Shown here piece by piece: positions 1 to 15,690 of a stretch of DNA of 64,000 nucleotides. The stretch covers positions 17,732,001-17,796,000 of the forward strand of contig OZ024760.1 in the NCBI GenBank assembly GCA_964016885.1, read 5' to 3'. The DNA is from Eledone cirrhosa. Lineage: Eukaryota. The number at the start of each line of letters is the position of its first letter. The first letter of the stretch is position 1. Under the pieces are notes generated by a model that saw only the letters and a program-made list of their open reading frames with translations, was not told where the DNA came from and ran no database searches. A program made the translations under genes and the position numbers.

Positions 1-140
1 CAGATAGAATGACAGTCGTTAGAACGTCAGATAGAATGACAGTCGTTAGAACGTCAAATAGAATGACAGTCGTTAGAACGTCAGATAGAATGACAGTCGT
101 TAGAACGTCAGATAGAGTGACAATCGTTAGAACGTCGGAT
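1..140 (+). repeat. 27-bp tandem repeat (5 copies) at a SINE head
   Basis: CAGATAGAATGACAGTCGTTAGAACGT x5, running into SINE body sequence. Confidence 0.9.
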
Positions 141-699
141 AAAATGCTTTAATGGTATTCGTTCCGGCTCTCTGCCCTCTGAGCCCAAAACCTTTCGAGG
201 TCGATAAAAAAAGTACCAGTATAGTACTGGGGTCGATTCTTCCTCGGTATCTCTTTCTCATTTCCTCTCTCTAACTTTCCATCTTTCTCTGGAAGAATTC
301 TGCTGTACTCAGGCATGGGGAGGGATGGTTTTCACCAGGCTTAAAAAGGCCCAAAGAATGTCATATGTCAATACGGCGCCCCTTCGACTCTATCAGGAGT
401 TACGGGACAATACCATAGTACCACTTAACTCATCGGAGAGTGATCTCCAACATACACTGGATATGTCTCAATCTTTTCAGCATTGATTTTCCCTCCTGCC
501 GTGCAAGACTTAACAGTTACCATATCCAGTGCATGTCAGAGATCACCTTCCTACCAGTTAAGTAGCGCCATGTCGTCTGAAAATACTAAATGTCATAATT
601 TCTTTTCATCGAAGTTTGAAAGGATGAGTATTGACGTCAATTCTTATCCTTTTCCATTTTTTAGAGGGTTCTAAACCCCACTATCAGGCTAACATTTCT

Positions 700-2680
700 T
701 TAGTCAAAAATACGACGAAAGCTTCAACTTCTACTAAATTTCTTTTCATCTCTTTTAACAAATGGTCAACTTTCCAGTTCTTTCGATGTTTCGAACGCTA
801 CAAAACAAGATTGTGTCATGGCCACAGTTCTTTTCAGTCTTGTGCCATCCTTATGGTGACCTCGATTCATGTGTACGATTTCAATCCCTTGCCAGCGCTT
901 TAAAGCAAATCCCTCGTCCAAATAGCAATTATTTATGATCTTTTGCTTGCAGGTGAACTTGCACTTGTTGCAACATCTATCAAAGAAGCATGGGAACTTG
1001 TTAATTGATTCTCTATCGTGAATAAAGTTTCCGCTTTCACCATTAAAAAAACTGAAACCGTCTACTATCCAAAGCCCACTCACCCATCAAGCAAATCAGA
1101 AGTACAAAGCATAAACAACCAGTTCGCCAGTTCCCTATCATTCCCATCCATAACAGCTTTCGCTTTCACCATTAAAAAGACTAAAGCTCACCCACCCCTC
1201 AAGCAATTCAAAGGTTTAAAGCAAGTGTGTGCAACATATTCCATTGGCTGGCCACCTTTGAACACTGGAACAACTATTAGGACCATTAATATTTATTAAG
1301 CACTATTCCAAAGATTCACCACAACTTCTTTCCATAACATGGAACTGGGAAATTATAACACACATAACTCTATCAAAACAACTATTAGGGCCATTAATAT
1401 TTATTAAGCACTATTCCAAAGATTCACCACAACTTCTTTCCATAACATGGAACTGGGAAATTATAACACATAACCCTATCAATGAAGCCCTTTAGTTTAG
1501 GTCAACTAACAGAAAATTGTATTACAGTTACGAAAAAAATTCTAAATAAGCCTATAAATAAACCTATTAAAAACGGTCATCGCGGGCCACTCTGACTGGT
1601 CTGGTGAGCCGGATTGTGGCCCACGGGCCGCCTGTTGCACACCCCTGGTTAAAAGCATCAACAACCAGTTCATCAATTCCCTATCACTCCCATCCATAAC
1701 GAAATATGTAGACATTAACATACCTGGGGAGCAGAGTGAACTCAAGTGTCACTCTTAATGATAAAATAGGTAATTGTTTAGCCGAAGCTAGAACTGCTTT
1801 AAGAAAACTTCGTCATTGTCTGTGGGATGAACGGAAACTCTCTCTCTCAGCTCTACATAATCCCTGCCTCTCTGGGTCAAGTAATGCCCGGCCCTTCTGG
1901 TCTTGCCTGAATTGTCTCTCAACAGCTGTTGGTCGCTGTAGAGCCAACCTTCAGAGATAGGAACATGCCACCGATGATGATTCCAACTGCCAATGTATGT
2001 AATTACAAACTATGGAGCACCTTCTAGTTTGCCCCAATCTTGAAGATTCATACACATTTAACGACCTTGAAGCCTTAACACCCCAAGCAAGGTTCTGTGC
2101 GGAACCCTGGATGGTTGTGGTGTAGCGACTCGAAAGGAAGGAGGTTGGGAAAAATAAATTAATGTTTACCAAGTTGTAGTCCTTTCCACTCTCATGTATA
2201 TATCGGAAACATGGACTCCATATCGATCACATATTATACAGCTTGATGTTTTTCATAAGCAAAGTCTTCGGACCATTTGTGGACACAGCTTAAAGGACAG
2301 AATTTCAAATATTGACCTGTTCCCTAATTGTAAAACTACTTGCATTGGATCACCCCCGCCTTTTTTTTTTGCAATCCAAATTAAGGACTTCCTTTCCTTC
2401 TTCTTCTTTGCCCACTTCTTCCTGAGAGGGTCGTGGGGGCAGAGTCCTCAAACAATCCTTCCAGCGGATCCTATTAGAAGCAACCATCTCCAACTAATCC
2501 CCAAGCGTAACCAGCCAAGCTCATGGACATTATCCAACCATATTAAGGACAGCATTTTAAATATTGACCTGCTCTATAAATGTAAAATTTAGGGTATTAA
2601 ATCCATTCTTTTGGACTCCAAATCAAGATGGATTAATATTGGTCAAGTTCTCAGAATGAGGGACAATAGACCAGGGCCTT
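700..2680 (+). mobile_element. Decayed RTE-clade LINE reverse transcriptase with nested insertions
   Basis: Fragments VSNATKQDCVMATVLFSL, LALVATSIKEAWELVN, YLGSRVNSSVTLNDKIGNCLAEARTALRKLRHCLW, INVYQVVVLSTLMYISETWTPYRSHIIQLDVFHKQSLRTI; frameshifts and stops present. Confidence 0.8.
1269..1482. repeat. ~108-bp direct duplication
   Basis: AACAACTATTAGG...AACACATAAC twice. Confidence 0.9.
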
Positions 2681-4239
2681 TCAGAGAGAAGATCCATCTA
2701 AAAGAAAACTGACAGGGTTTCCGCTTTTACATGTCGGTATGAATGTGTTTGAGGGTCTATCTGCCCGTGGGGATTTCTTTTTTTTTTTTTTTTTTTCATT
2801 GAAGTGGGGGATATTGGAAGTGATGTAGTCTATACAGAAATAGTCAATCATACCCCCACCGCCAATCTTAACCCCCCTCCCACCAAACTTACCCCCCACA
2901 CCAATATTACCCCACCGCCACCACTACAACGACTAATACAATCATTCATCGATTAAAAATCAATCGCCGTTAATCGAACTGATTAAATGAAATTATTTAT
3001 AAGGTTTTGTTCATCCTTCTCAAATCTTAGTTTTTCTCGCCCTCATATCTTTCAGTCACCCCCTCTCTTACAACTTTCACTCTCTCACTCACTCTCTCTC
3101 ATATCTTCACTCCCTCTCTCACTATCTCTCTCATATCTTCACTCCCGTTCTCACATCTTTCACTCTCTTTCTCACATATTTCACTCTCTCTCTCATATTT
3201 TTTACTCCCTCTCTCACATCTTTGAACGTCTTCTGTATATGCAGCATTCTGCTTCTCTTTGACCTTCTTTCTCTCTCTCATATATAAATCTTTCCATCCC
3301 TAACTCGCTCTAGTCCTATATATCTTTGTATCTCGCTCTCTCTCTCTCTCCATATTTCTCTGTCTTTCTATCCCTATTTGTTTCTTACTCCATTCTATAC
3401 ACCCTCTACATTCTCTGATCACAGATCACACATAATACTACTACTACTACTACTACTAATTTACTTTCACACACATCCATGAACACGTACATACTTGCAC
3501 ACAAATAAAGACATACATAGACAGGTACGCACTTGTACATACGCACTTACAGAAAGACATCGACAGGTACACACTTACACACATACATACAGACACACGT
3601 AGACAGGTACACACTTACACACACACTTACACACACACACACACACACACATACAGACACATGTAGACACGTACGCACATGAATTTTGTGTGTGTTTAGC
3701 TTTTCATCGCCTCAGCATGACGTATGATGATCGCCCAATGGCTTCAGGCGTTTGAGAAAGTGGAACGGGTGTACGCATGGACCCACCCGTTAAGGACTTC
3801 TTTAGTCTGACGTGAGAAATTTTTTTCAATCGTTCGCATTGATTTTGTCTGCATTAATCCTTTTAACACTTAACTTCATCTACTTTACGTTGGCCAACTC
3901 CCATAACAGAGAGTGAGAGATGGAGATAAAGATTGAGACAGAGAGAGAGAGTGTGTGTATATGGGTGTGTGATAGAGAGAGAGAGATAGAGATAGAAGAG
4001 AGAGAGATAGAAAAACAGAGCTGCTTAAGGTAAATCGGTGTCAGAGAAATATATACGGATCAAGCAGTAGTGAGAGAGAGAGAGAGAGAAAGATTGACTG
4101 AGAAAGATTGATAGATAGATAGCGAGAGACGGAGAGGGAAGGGAGGAGGAAAAGCGGAGCTGCTTAGAGTAAATCGGTGTCAGAGGAAGATCTACGGATC
4201 AAGCTGTGTCCGCCATGTTGGGTGTGAGTTATTAGTCAC

Positions 4240-4327
4240 TATAAAAGCGAGCAGTTAGGATAGCGAGGCGACCATTCTTTACTTACCGTAGTAGGAAACC
4301 GGTCCACTTCGGTTGTACACTAGAGGG
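4240..4327 (+). promoter_or_regulatory. Candidate rhodopsin core promoter (TATAAAA 4240-4246, Inr-like CATTCT ~4273) and non-coding exon 1 ending at 4327
   Basis: TATA box ~30 nt before an Inr-like site, then a strong donor G|gtaagt at 4328. The spliced junction GGTTGTACACTAGAGGG|GTGAAT resembles, from memory only, the 5' leader of the published octopus rhodopsin cDNA. Confidence 0.75.
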
Positions 4328-4419
4328 GTAAGTAATTATTCATTCATTCGCATCTTCGATTCTCTTATCCATATATTGTTTATTAATATTTTTACTTAAG
4401 AAAAAAAAAAAAAATTTTT

Positions 4420-6765
<2,346 letters not shown>

Positions 6766-8253
6766 CATTTAATCTTCAAGATGTCATTAGAAATGCCTGA
6801 GAAAATGCTCCACCAGTTTTACTTGTTATATTTATCTGCACATAATAATAAAACTATTATTATTATTTAGCAGTATTATTATAAAGGCAGTGGATTGGCA
6901 GAATCGGTAGAGCACCGGACACCCTGCTTTGCAGCATATAATAACGTTCGCCTTACATTTTGAGTTCAAATCCCCGCCGAGGTTAGCTTTGCCTTTCATC
7001 CTTACGGGTTTGATCAAATAAAGTACCAGTAACGAACTGGGATCGATTTAATCGACTTTCACCTGCCTAAACTTGTTGGCCTTGTGCCTAAATCAGAAAC
7101 CATTATCATTATTACTATTATGTTCATCATTATTAAGAGTTACTTCATATTAAAGAAAAGAAAAATAATGTATAAAAATGAAACACTAGTAAAATCGTGT
7201 ATTTAATATGGCGGCCAATTTATAAATATATGTCTTATATATTGCCACTGTTGTTGTTGTATTCAGTCCCTGTTTGTTTTAGCTTCTCCGTTCACATTCT
7301 ATTCTTATGTAACTTTTATGTAAAATATTTCAATAACAATCTCACAACACAAACCCAAAATAGTAGACAGATGATGACACTACTACTACTACTACTGCTT
7401 CTGCTGTTGTTGTTACTACGACTACAAGCGTTTTAAGGCCTTTTACCTGCAAACAGAGATAAGCCTCGCAGACCTGTTGATACGTGGTCGTTTCTGAGGC
7501 CATATTTTACAACCAGATGACTTTTCCTGATACCAAAGTTGTCTCTTACGACAATCAAGGATATGGTGTATCGATTCTAAACACATGTCTACCTAATAAT
7601 AGTAATTATTATTAGTGGATTGGCAGAATCAGTAGAGCGTCGGACACCCTGCTTTGTAGCAAGTAGTTACAGCTCTTTACGTTCTGCTTATCTCATAGTG
7701 ATTTCCTAAATAGGCTACAAATGGCGGAGATGGGAGGGGGTCACATAGTCAACTATATTGACCCCATTTCTTGATTGATACCTACTTCATTGACCTTAGA
7801 ATGATGAAAAGTGGAACGGAATTCGAACATAACGGGACGCAACTAAATACCACAAGGTATTTTGTCGTCCAACGTTCTATCGATCTTGTATATTCCTCGA
7901 TCTCCTCCCTCAACAAGTCTGACATAGTAGAAACATATAGAAATGGTCAGTGACTTTAGTGTTACAAGGACTTTATAGGAATTCACAGAAATAGCTATCA
8001 CCAGATAGTAGGTAGAACTACCCTCTACATACCACCTTGGTAGCGAGCCTAGGTAGTGAACTTGGGTAGCAAACTATGCCATGGTGATTACCACATTAAT
8101 AACACCATTTGTAGAAATTTGCGAAGAATATATTTATTATATAGTAATCATGGGAGTACTCAATGCATGGGGAGAAGCAAAGTGAACATAGAGCTATGTA
8201 AAATGTGTGTTCAGCAAGTCTTTTTCACATAGCTCTCTCTCTCTCTTTGTGTA

Positions 8254-8287
<34 letters not shown>

Positions 8288-8749
8288 GGGTGTCTCCCAA
8301 AAATGTATACACACTTTGATTACCTGCACAGGCAATGCATATACACTTTTGGGAACACTTTGTATATATATATAATTCAAACGATTGCAGTTGAGAAAAA
8401 GCATAACATTATATAAGCAAAATTATTCGCAAACACATCGAAACATGATCGAAACATGATTAGCCAGTAAATAGGGATTTATTTGTTGTTGAAAAAAAAA
8501 AAGTGCTAGAAAATGCGTCACAAATTCATATATTCAATTGTCATGCGCAGTAAGCATGATATTATCAGTGACGTGCAAAAACGCGCGGGTTTTATGTCTT
8601 CAGTATCTTATTTTACGTATAACTGAAGCTTAATGGAAGGAAGTGTATTCTGTTAATGGTATTCTAGTGATAGTAAATAGATGACATGTTAACACTCACA
8701 TATGTATGTATGTATATACGTATGTACGTATATATGTAAAAACTAATGT

Positions 8750-8895
8750 GAAGGCGCATGGCTTGGTGGTTAGAGCATTGGGCTTGCAATCGAAAGGTTG
8801 TGAGTTCAATTCTCAGACCGGGTGATGTGTTGTTTCCTTGAGAAAGACACTTTATTACACGTTGTTCCAGTTTACTCAGCTGTAGAAATGAGATG
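8750..8895 (+). mobile_element. Second tRNA-derived SINE family (also 38700-38845-, 46350-46560+, 54845-54985+)
   Basis: tRNA-like head TGGCTTGGTGGTTAGAGC...GAGTTCAATTC, followed by a CCTTGAG(C/A)AAGACACTT body. Confidence 0.75.
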
Positions 8896-9096
8896 ATAGG
8901 ACTGGAGTCCCTATCATTAAATCACCCAAGACACCTCCAACGAGATATACCTTGGAGGAGGCCAGCTACACCTGCATAGGTGTGAGCTGTCACAAACGCA
9001 CACAATCATGTATTTAGTTTTATCTACTCAATTCTACTAAAAACAAATGACATGACATAAAACAAGTGCAACCACGCAACATTCAATTCTTCTCAT

Positions 9097-9177
<81 letters not shown>

Positions 9178-9316
9178 CAATAGTCGTTGTTTGAGACGTT
9201 TATGTCTTTTTCATTCGCAATTTCTCCTATTAATATATTTCTCAGATATTAACGGTACGAGAGGGTAGGTTTCTTTGAAAGAGAGGCGATTGAACAGACC
9301 TTTATTCCCAGGAATC

Positions 9317-9360
<44 letters not shown>

Positions 9361-10990
9361 AACTTTCGGCTCGATACCACTAAAACTGAGAGGGTAACTT
9401 GAATAAATGGATTTCTAATCCCAAATTGTTCCCCTATAAAAGACTGCCCTGTTATGTCACTGCACAAATACTTAGGAAAGTACAGCCTGTCTAAGGTCCT
9501 TGTTGAGACCCGAGAGAATGACTAGAAGATGCTGTATTTATCACATTTACTGTGCAAACCATACATAATAGTAATTACTTCTACATTTGGCAGAAAACCA
9601 ACAATTCGTGGGGAGGGGAAAGTCGATTATGTTAATCTTTATTTTATTGAGCTTGGAAGGATAAATGGCAAAGTTGGCTGGATTTGAATAATAATTGTTT
9701 CTACTTTTGGCACAAGGCCAGCAATTACCCAGTGCATTACTGGTACTTTATTTTATCGACACTCGTAAGAATGAAAGGCAAAGCTAACCTCGGCGAGATT
9801 TTGACCTCAGTACGTAAAGGCCCGCAATTCTATGCCACAAAACTTGTTGTCCGTCGCTCTATCGATTACTGCCAATTCACAGTCATAATGACAATAATTA
9901 ATAATAATAATAACAGTTTCTACTTTTGGCACAAGGCTAGCAGTTATCAGTACATTACTGGTACTTTATTTTATCGACCCCGTAAGGATGAAAGGCAAAG
10001 TTAACCTCGAATAATAATAACTTCGAATCATAAATTGCTCTCCTTCAAAAGACTGCCATGTTGGGTACTGCACATATTCTCAAGAAAGTACTTTCTGTTT
10101 AAAGTCCTCCATCGAGGACATGACAGAATAATAAAAGTAATCATGATAATAATTGTTTCTACTTTAGGCACAAGGCCAGCAATTACCCAGTGCATTACTG
10201 GTACTTAGTTTGTAACATTGGCACAAGGTTACAAATTTGGTGGTGGCGGCGGCGGTGGTGGTGTGATGGTAATGGAGGGAAGGGGTCGAGTCGATTAATT
10301 CGAGCAGAGCAGAGCAGAGCAGGCCAACACTACTTGGCTGCTACTTTATATTATATAGTAAAGTGTGGAGCTATTTATCACCCGCGGCTATGTTAAAAAT
10401 TAAACCGATTTTCTACAGCTGCGTCCTTTAAGTTCAAGGTTAACCAAGGTATACCTGGATGTGAGAGGAGTACAAACCTTCAGGAAAATAGGTTAACGCT
10501 CATATTTAATCAATCACCGTACAGTCTATCTATCTATTTATCTATCTATCTGGACCTTATGGCAAATAAAGAAATATATCTTTCTGTATGCATTATAGTG
10601 GAAGAACTATCTATCTGTATATAAATATTGTAGTGAAATATCTATCTATCTATCTATATAGTGGAAGATCTATTATCCATCTATCTATCTATCTATATAG
10701 TGGAAGATCTATTATCCATCTATCGATCTATCTATTATAGTGGAAGATCTATCCCCTTTTCTTGTGCGCCCTTGTGGCTAATAAAGAAATATATCTATTT
10801 GCCTATGTATTATAGTAGAATAACTAACAGCAGATTGGGTATAGTGTGGTGCTGTAGCACATTATATAACTGGCACTTATACTGTCGACCCTGAATATTG
10901 CAGTTATGAAACTCAAATGTTTGAGTTTCCCTGTAATTTGAACTGCAATCTAATCTAGTCTGCCACTGTTTTACTCTCTTCTACTTCAAC

Positions 10991-11057
<67 letters not shown>

Positions 11058-11399
11058 ATAATAATGTGTTAAACAAGAAAAGAAAAAAAAATATAAAGAA
11101 GAGGCATTTTAGGGTAAGAATCGCGTAATTAATTAGCCTGGCTTTCCCGATATAATAACCGGATAATTCCGATGTTAATCGGACAGTTCCGATAATTGTC
11201 GGGCAATTCCTGCACTAAATAACACCGTCCTCGCAACCAACCCCGATAACAAATATGCCTCGACCTGATTCTAGTTTCCTCCTTACGTAGGAGAAGAATA
11301 AATGCGAAATATTAAATACAAGTGGATTTTAAAATGGGATTTCAGTGAAACAAACTCAAGACTTAATATGATAGCTAAACATTTTTTTTTACGGTTTGG

Positions 11400-11980
11400 G
11401 AATTTTATTAAAATAGTAATAATTTTAAAAATTACTTCTGTAAAATTTACAATATTATATAAAATATATAAATTTATTTTATTTTGAAAATTTATTAATA
11501 TAGTAATAATTTTAAAAGATACTTCTGTGAAATTTACACTATTATATAAAACATAAATTTATTAACATAGTAATAATTTTAAAAGTTATTTCTAAAGTTT
11601 AGAATAAATTATATTAAATTACAATAAAACATTTCAATTTATTTTATTTTGAAATTTTTTTAACATAGTAATAATTTTAATAGTTACTTCCATAAAACTT
11701 TGATAGGTTTTGGCCAGTATTGGCCCAGGCCATGTCTAACTTAATAGCACCACCTGGCAAAAATTTGTCTTATTTCGAAAATTTGAAAATTATTTGATTT
11801 TGATGGGAAAATTAAGTTAGATATGGCCTGGGCCAATACTGGCCAAAAGTTATCAAAGTTATATGGAAGTAACTATTAAGATTATTACTATGTTAATAAA
11901 ATTTCAAAATAAAATAAAATAAATTTATGTTTTATATAATATTGTAAATTTTCCAGATATAACTTTAAAATCATTACTAT

Positions 11981-11990
<10 letters not shown>
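11400..11990. mobile_element. Fold-back element with internally repetitive arms
   Basis: TTTTGGCCAGTATTGGCCCAGGCCAT / ATGGCCTGGGCCAATACTGGCCAAAA arms; outer AT-rich subrepeats. Confidence 0.7.
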
Positions 11991-12040
<50 letters not shown>

Positions 12041-13968
12041 TGAATTGTGACAGTTTTTCACAACAAAAGCAAATAAATCTGAAATTTTTAAACTTATCAA
12101 TTTCTTCGTAAATTTATATTATATTATATCATATTGTATTATATTATATTATATTGTTTGAGGGCTATTATAATATATATGTATATTTCAAAACAATTTT
12201 TGGGTACTGATGGTTCTCACTTTTTCTTGATCATTATTTAACTTCTCATTATTTACGAAAAACCTCTTCAATCTAATTTCTAACACAATTTACTTTTTAT
12301 AAAGCAAGTAATATATATATATACGAGTGTATCATACTTGGTTTCTGCGAAAATAATATAGGAAAGAGATTTAGAAAAAAATACTAAAAGTTTGAAGAAT
12401 CATTATATGCCAATACCTTCGTATATTTAAACTGTTAGTGAGGTGATGTTGTGGCATTCATGTTTGATTTCTTCACTACTTAGAATAGTTACAGGCCTAT
12501 CAACTCTCTCGGCCCGATGGGGAGATCTTCCCGTTTTGGCTCATTTCACCCCCGTCTCCCTGTTTTTGTGAAAATGAGTATAGCTTTCATTATGTAAAAT
12601 CTCCTCATTTTTGGGGCACTTTTTTTTCATGTTGGAGTTTTAGAGGTCTGTAGTTATTACAATGAATAACCGTAAACCAAAATTCAATAAAACACGAATT
12701 TGTTACGACACTCTTCCTTATCTCAGATCTAAGCAAAATAATTCGTCGCTTTCATTATTAAAAAAAAAAAATCAACAAAACAGTCAACAATGGAATTTAT
12801 CATATGTTCTGAGTTCAAATCCCGCCGAGGTTAACTTTGCCTTTCATTCTTACGGGGTCGATAAAATAAAGCACCAGTAATGCACTGGGATATTTGCTGG
12901 TCTTGTGCCAAAACTAGAAACAGTTATTATATGCTTTTAATAAAAAATGTATGAGGCATGAAATGATTTCCAATCTAGATTCGAAACGGCATCCATTTTG
13001 AAGGATATCGTAGGAAAAATGGGAATGTTTTGGTTTATGTATTTGTTTTTCTTCGTTTCGTTGTGAAAGTTTTCCTACTAAGAGAATATAGATTAAGGGG
13101 GAGATAAAAGAGATTTTTCACAGTTCAATAGATATATTCCATTGTGATTATTTTCTTATCTTAGAAGCAACTGATTAAAAAAGAAAATCTATTCCACTTT
13201 CCTACCGCGGTCCTGACACAGATTTAGCTTATTAAGCTAATGGCATTATCTACTTAATAGGGTGGAGAGAAGAGCCGATTAAATATTAATAATATTGAGA
13301 TAGAGTAATTGTAAGCTTAATTAGTAATTAAAAATAAGTATGATATAAATTCTCCACCAAAATTTATCGATAGATATTGATTTCCTGACCTCTCTCAATC
13401 TAATACAGCAGTAAGACCCTCCTTTAAACCCTGCTCATCTACCACTTGCAATTGATTGCTAATCACTACGTACTGATATCGATTTCTCAAGGCTTTCCCT
13501 CATCTCAGTCACGTGAACAACACGTTGGTTTATTATCTCATTTTACACACCTAATTATTAGCTAATTATTTCATTATAATAATTACTTAATTATAATAAA
13601 TACCATATATTATAATAATTACGATATTTTATTCATCATTGCAAAATTCTTAAACTTTTTTTCTCCGTTACATATTTTTCTCGTTCATTTAATCATTTAT
13701 TTTTTCATTTCAATAAATTACTATAAATAAATTAATTTAACAAAAATATATACAATCAAGGATATATAGTATTTATATATTTTTTTTTATCTAAAAAATA
13801 CATACATACAAACACACATATATATATGTATTTGAAACTTATATAAGGTGAAACATTTGTTCTCGGTATGGTGAACTAACTGTTGTGGAACTGCTTATAT
13901 ATATATATATATATATAAAATATTAAAATACAAATATTAATAAAATAGATGTTCTTTTGATCAATTAA

Positions 13969-14021
13969 ATTTTATTATACATATTTCAGAGGTACAACAG
14001 TACGTCCTCATCAGACAAAAT
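13969..14021 (-). ncRNA. Minimal type I hammerhead ribozyme
   Basis: Minus strand: ATTTTGT-CTGATGA-GGACGTAC tgtt GTACCTCT-GAAA-TATGTA-TA-ATAAAAT. Confidence 0.7.
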
Positions 14022-14792
14022 ATAATGATGCATGACATACCCTGAGATGTTAAACGTACTGTTGTACCTCTGAAATATGTATAATAAAATTTAATTGATC
14101 AAAAGAACATCTATTTTATTAATATTTGTATTTTAATATTAATAACTATGGAAACATTTTTCTGTAGAGTGCTTCCAATCTACTGTAAAACTTATTCTTT
14201 GATGTACTCATTAAATCTTGTTTAACTCTTTAATATATATATATATATGTGTGTGTGGTGTGTGTGTGGTATGTATTTGAAACATATATATAAGCTTCAA
14301 TAGGGCGAGGATCTGTAGTGGCTGAGAATAGTCAACTACCCCATGATGGCAGGGAAAGTTCTGTACCAGAATAATTCAACGTAACAGGTGTGACAACTGC
14401 TATGTCATTGTGTCATAATACATGTAGTCTTTAAAACAGTATTTTTATACCATATATTTAAAAATATATTCAAAAGAATTTTTCATACATATTAGCATAA
14501 CATACAGTTAAAAGATTTTAGGTTCATTTTTCGCAAATCTTGTTACTAAACTTTACTTGTTGGCATTTTGACAGCTATATATGGACGTTCATACGAATTT
14601 CACTTTATATTTTTTACATCTTAAAACTTAATTTTAGTCTTGTGCGGCGCATCTTGTTACACCTCTTGTCACATCAGTGTGCCGCGGCACACGATTTAGG
14701 AACCGTTGCTTTAAAACAACGAAAGTCAAATCGGATAATGTAGTATTTTGGTATACCCAAGGATGCGATGGCTATGACTGGCATGACTTTAA

Positions 14793-15003
14793 CCCTTTAG
14801 CATTCAAAACGGCCAGAATTCTCTCACCTCTTTCTCTTCAAACTGGCTATAACCAACCATTCATACTTATATTAAGGTATTGTTCTCAAAATAAATAATA
14901 TCAAAATTTCATAGATTCGATATTACGTGAGATAATTATGTGAAATAAAGTATTTACTGTGAAAATACAATAATATATATAGAGTAATGTAAATGCTAAA
15001 GGG
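14793..15003. mobile_element. piggyBac-like MITE (TTAA|CCCTTTAGCATT...AATGCTAAAGGG|TTAA)
   Basis: 12-bp TIRs beginning CCC, flanked by a TTAA duplication. Confidence 0.8.
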
Positions 15004-15099
15004 TTAATCATAGGTCTTCTCGATCAAGGTTTACCTGGGGCTAAACAACGCTATAATCTGCTGGAAGGTATTATGTAAATATTAAATAACATGTTTGAA

Positions 15100-15335
15100 G
15101 ATTGCTATGTCACTATGACATATATATGACGCTCTCTAGGTCACAAAGTCGTGGTCATAATATATGCGACATTCGCTATGTCACTGTGTCATAGTCACAA
15201 CACATGTGACGTTCTCTAGGTCACAATGTCGCCGTCATAACACATGTGACGTTCTCTAGGTCACAAACTCGTAGTCATAATACATGCGACATTCGGTAGG
15301 TCACAATGTCATAGACATAACACATTTGATGTCCG
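15100..15335. repeat. Diverged 40-bp tandem repeat (~6 copies)
   Basis: GACGTTCTCTAGGTCACAATGTCG..GTCATAACACATGT-like units. Confidence 0.85.
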
Positions 15336-15482
15336 CCATGGTGCTATACCATACTACATGGGATGTCACTGAGTTGTATTCATGATATATGACAATTAAC
15401 CACACGACAATATCCTAAGAAATATGTCCGCTGTGTATTAAGTGTAAATATTTGGTCTAATTCAGTGATTTTTCTTTCTTAA

Positions 15483-15690
15483 CCCTTTAGCATTTACATT
15501 ACTGTATGTTTACTATTGTATTTGCATGGTAAAGGCTTTACCTCACATAATATCGAATCTATGAGATTTTGATATTATATATTTTGAGAATAATACCTTA
15601 ACATAAGTATGAGAAGCCAGTTATTGCCGGTTTGAACAGAAAGAGGTGAGAGAATTCTGGCCGGATACGACCAGTTTAAGTGCTAAAAGG
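15483..15690. mobile_element. piggyBac-like MITE, opposite orientation to 14793-15003
   Basis: Same TIRs and TTAA flanks; internal sequence is the reverse complement of the first copy. Confidence 0.8.

Noticed and set aside
8750-8830. tRNA-like sequences (A and B boxes) here and at many SINE heads
   Set aside because: No complete cloverleaf, and they continue into SINE bodies.
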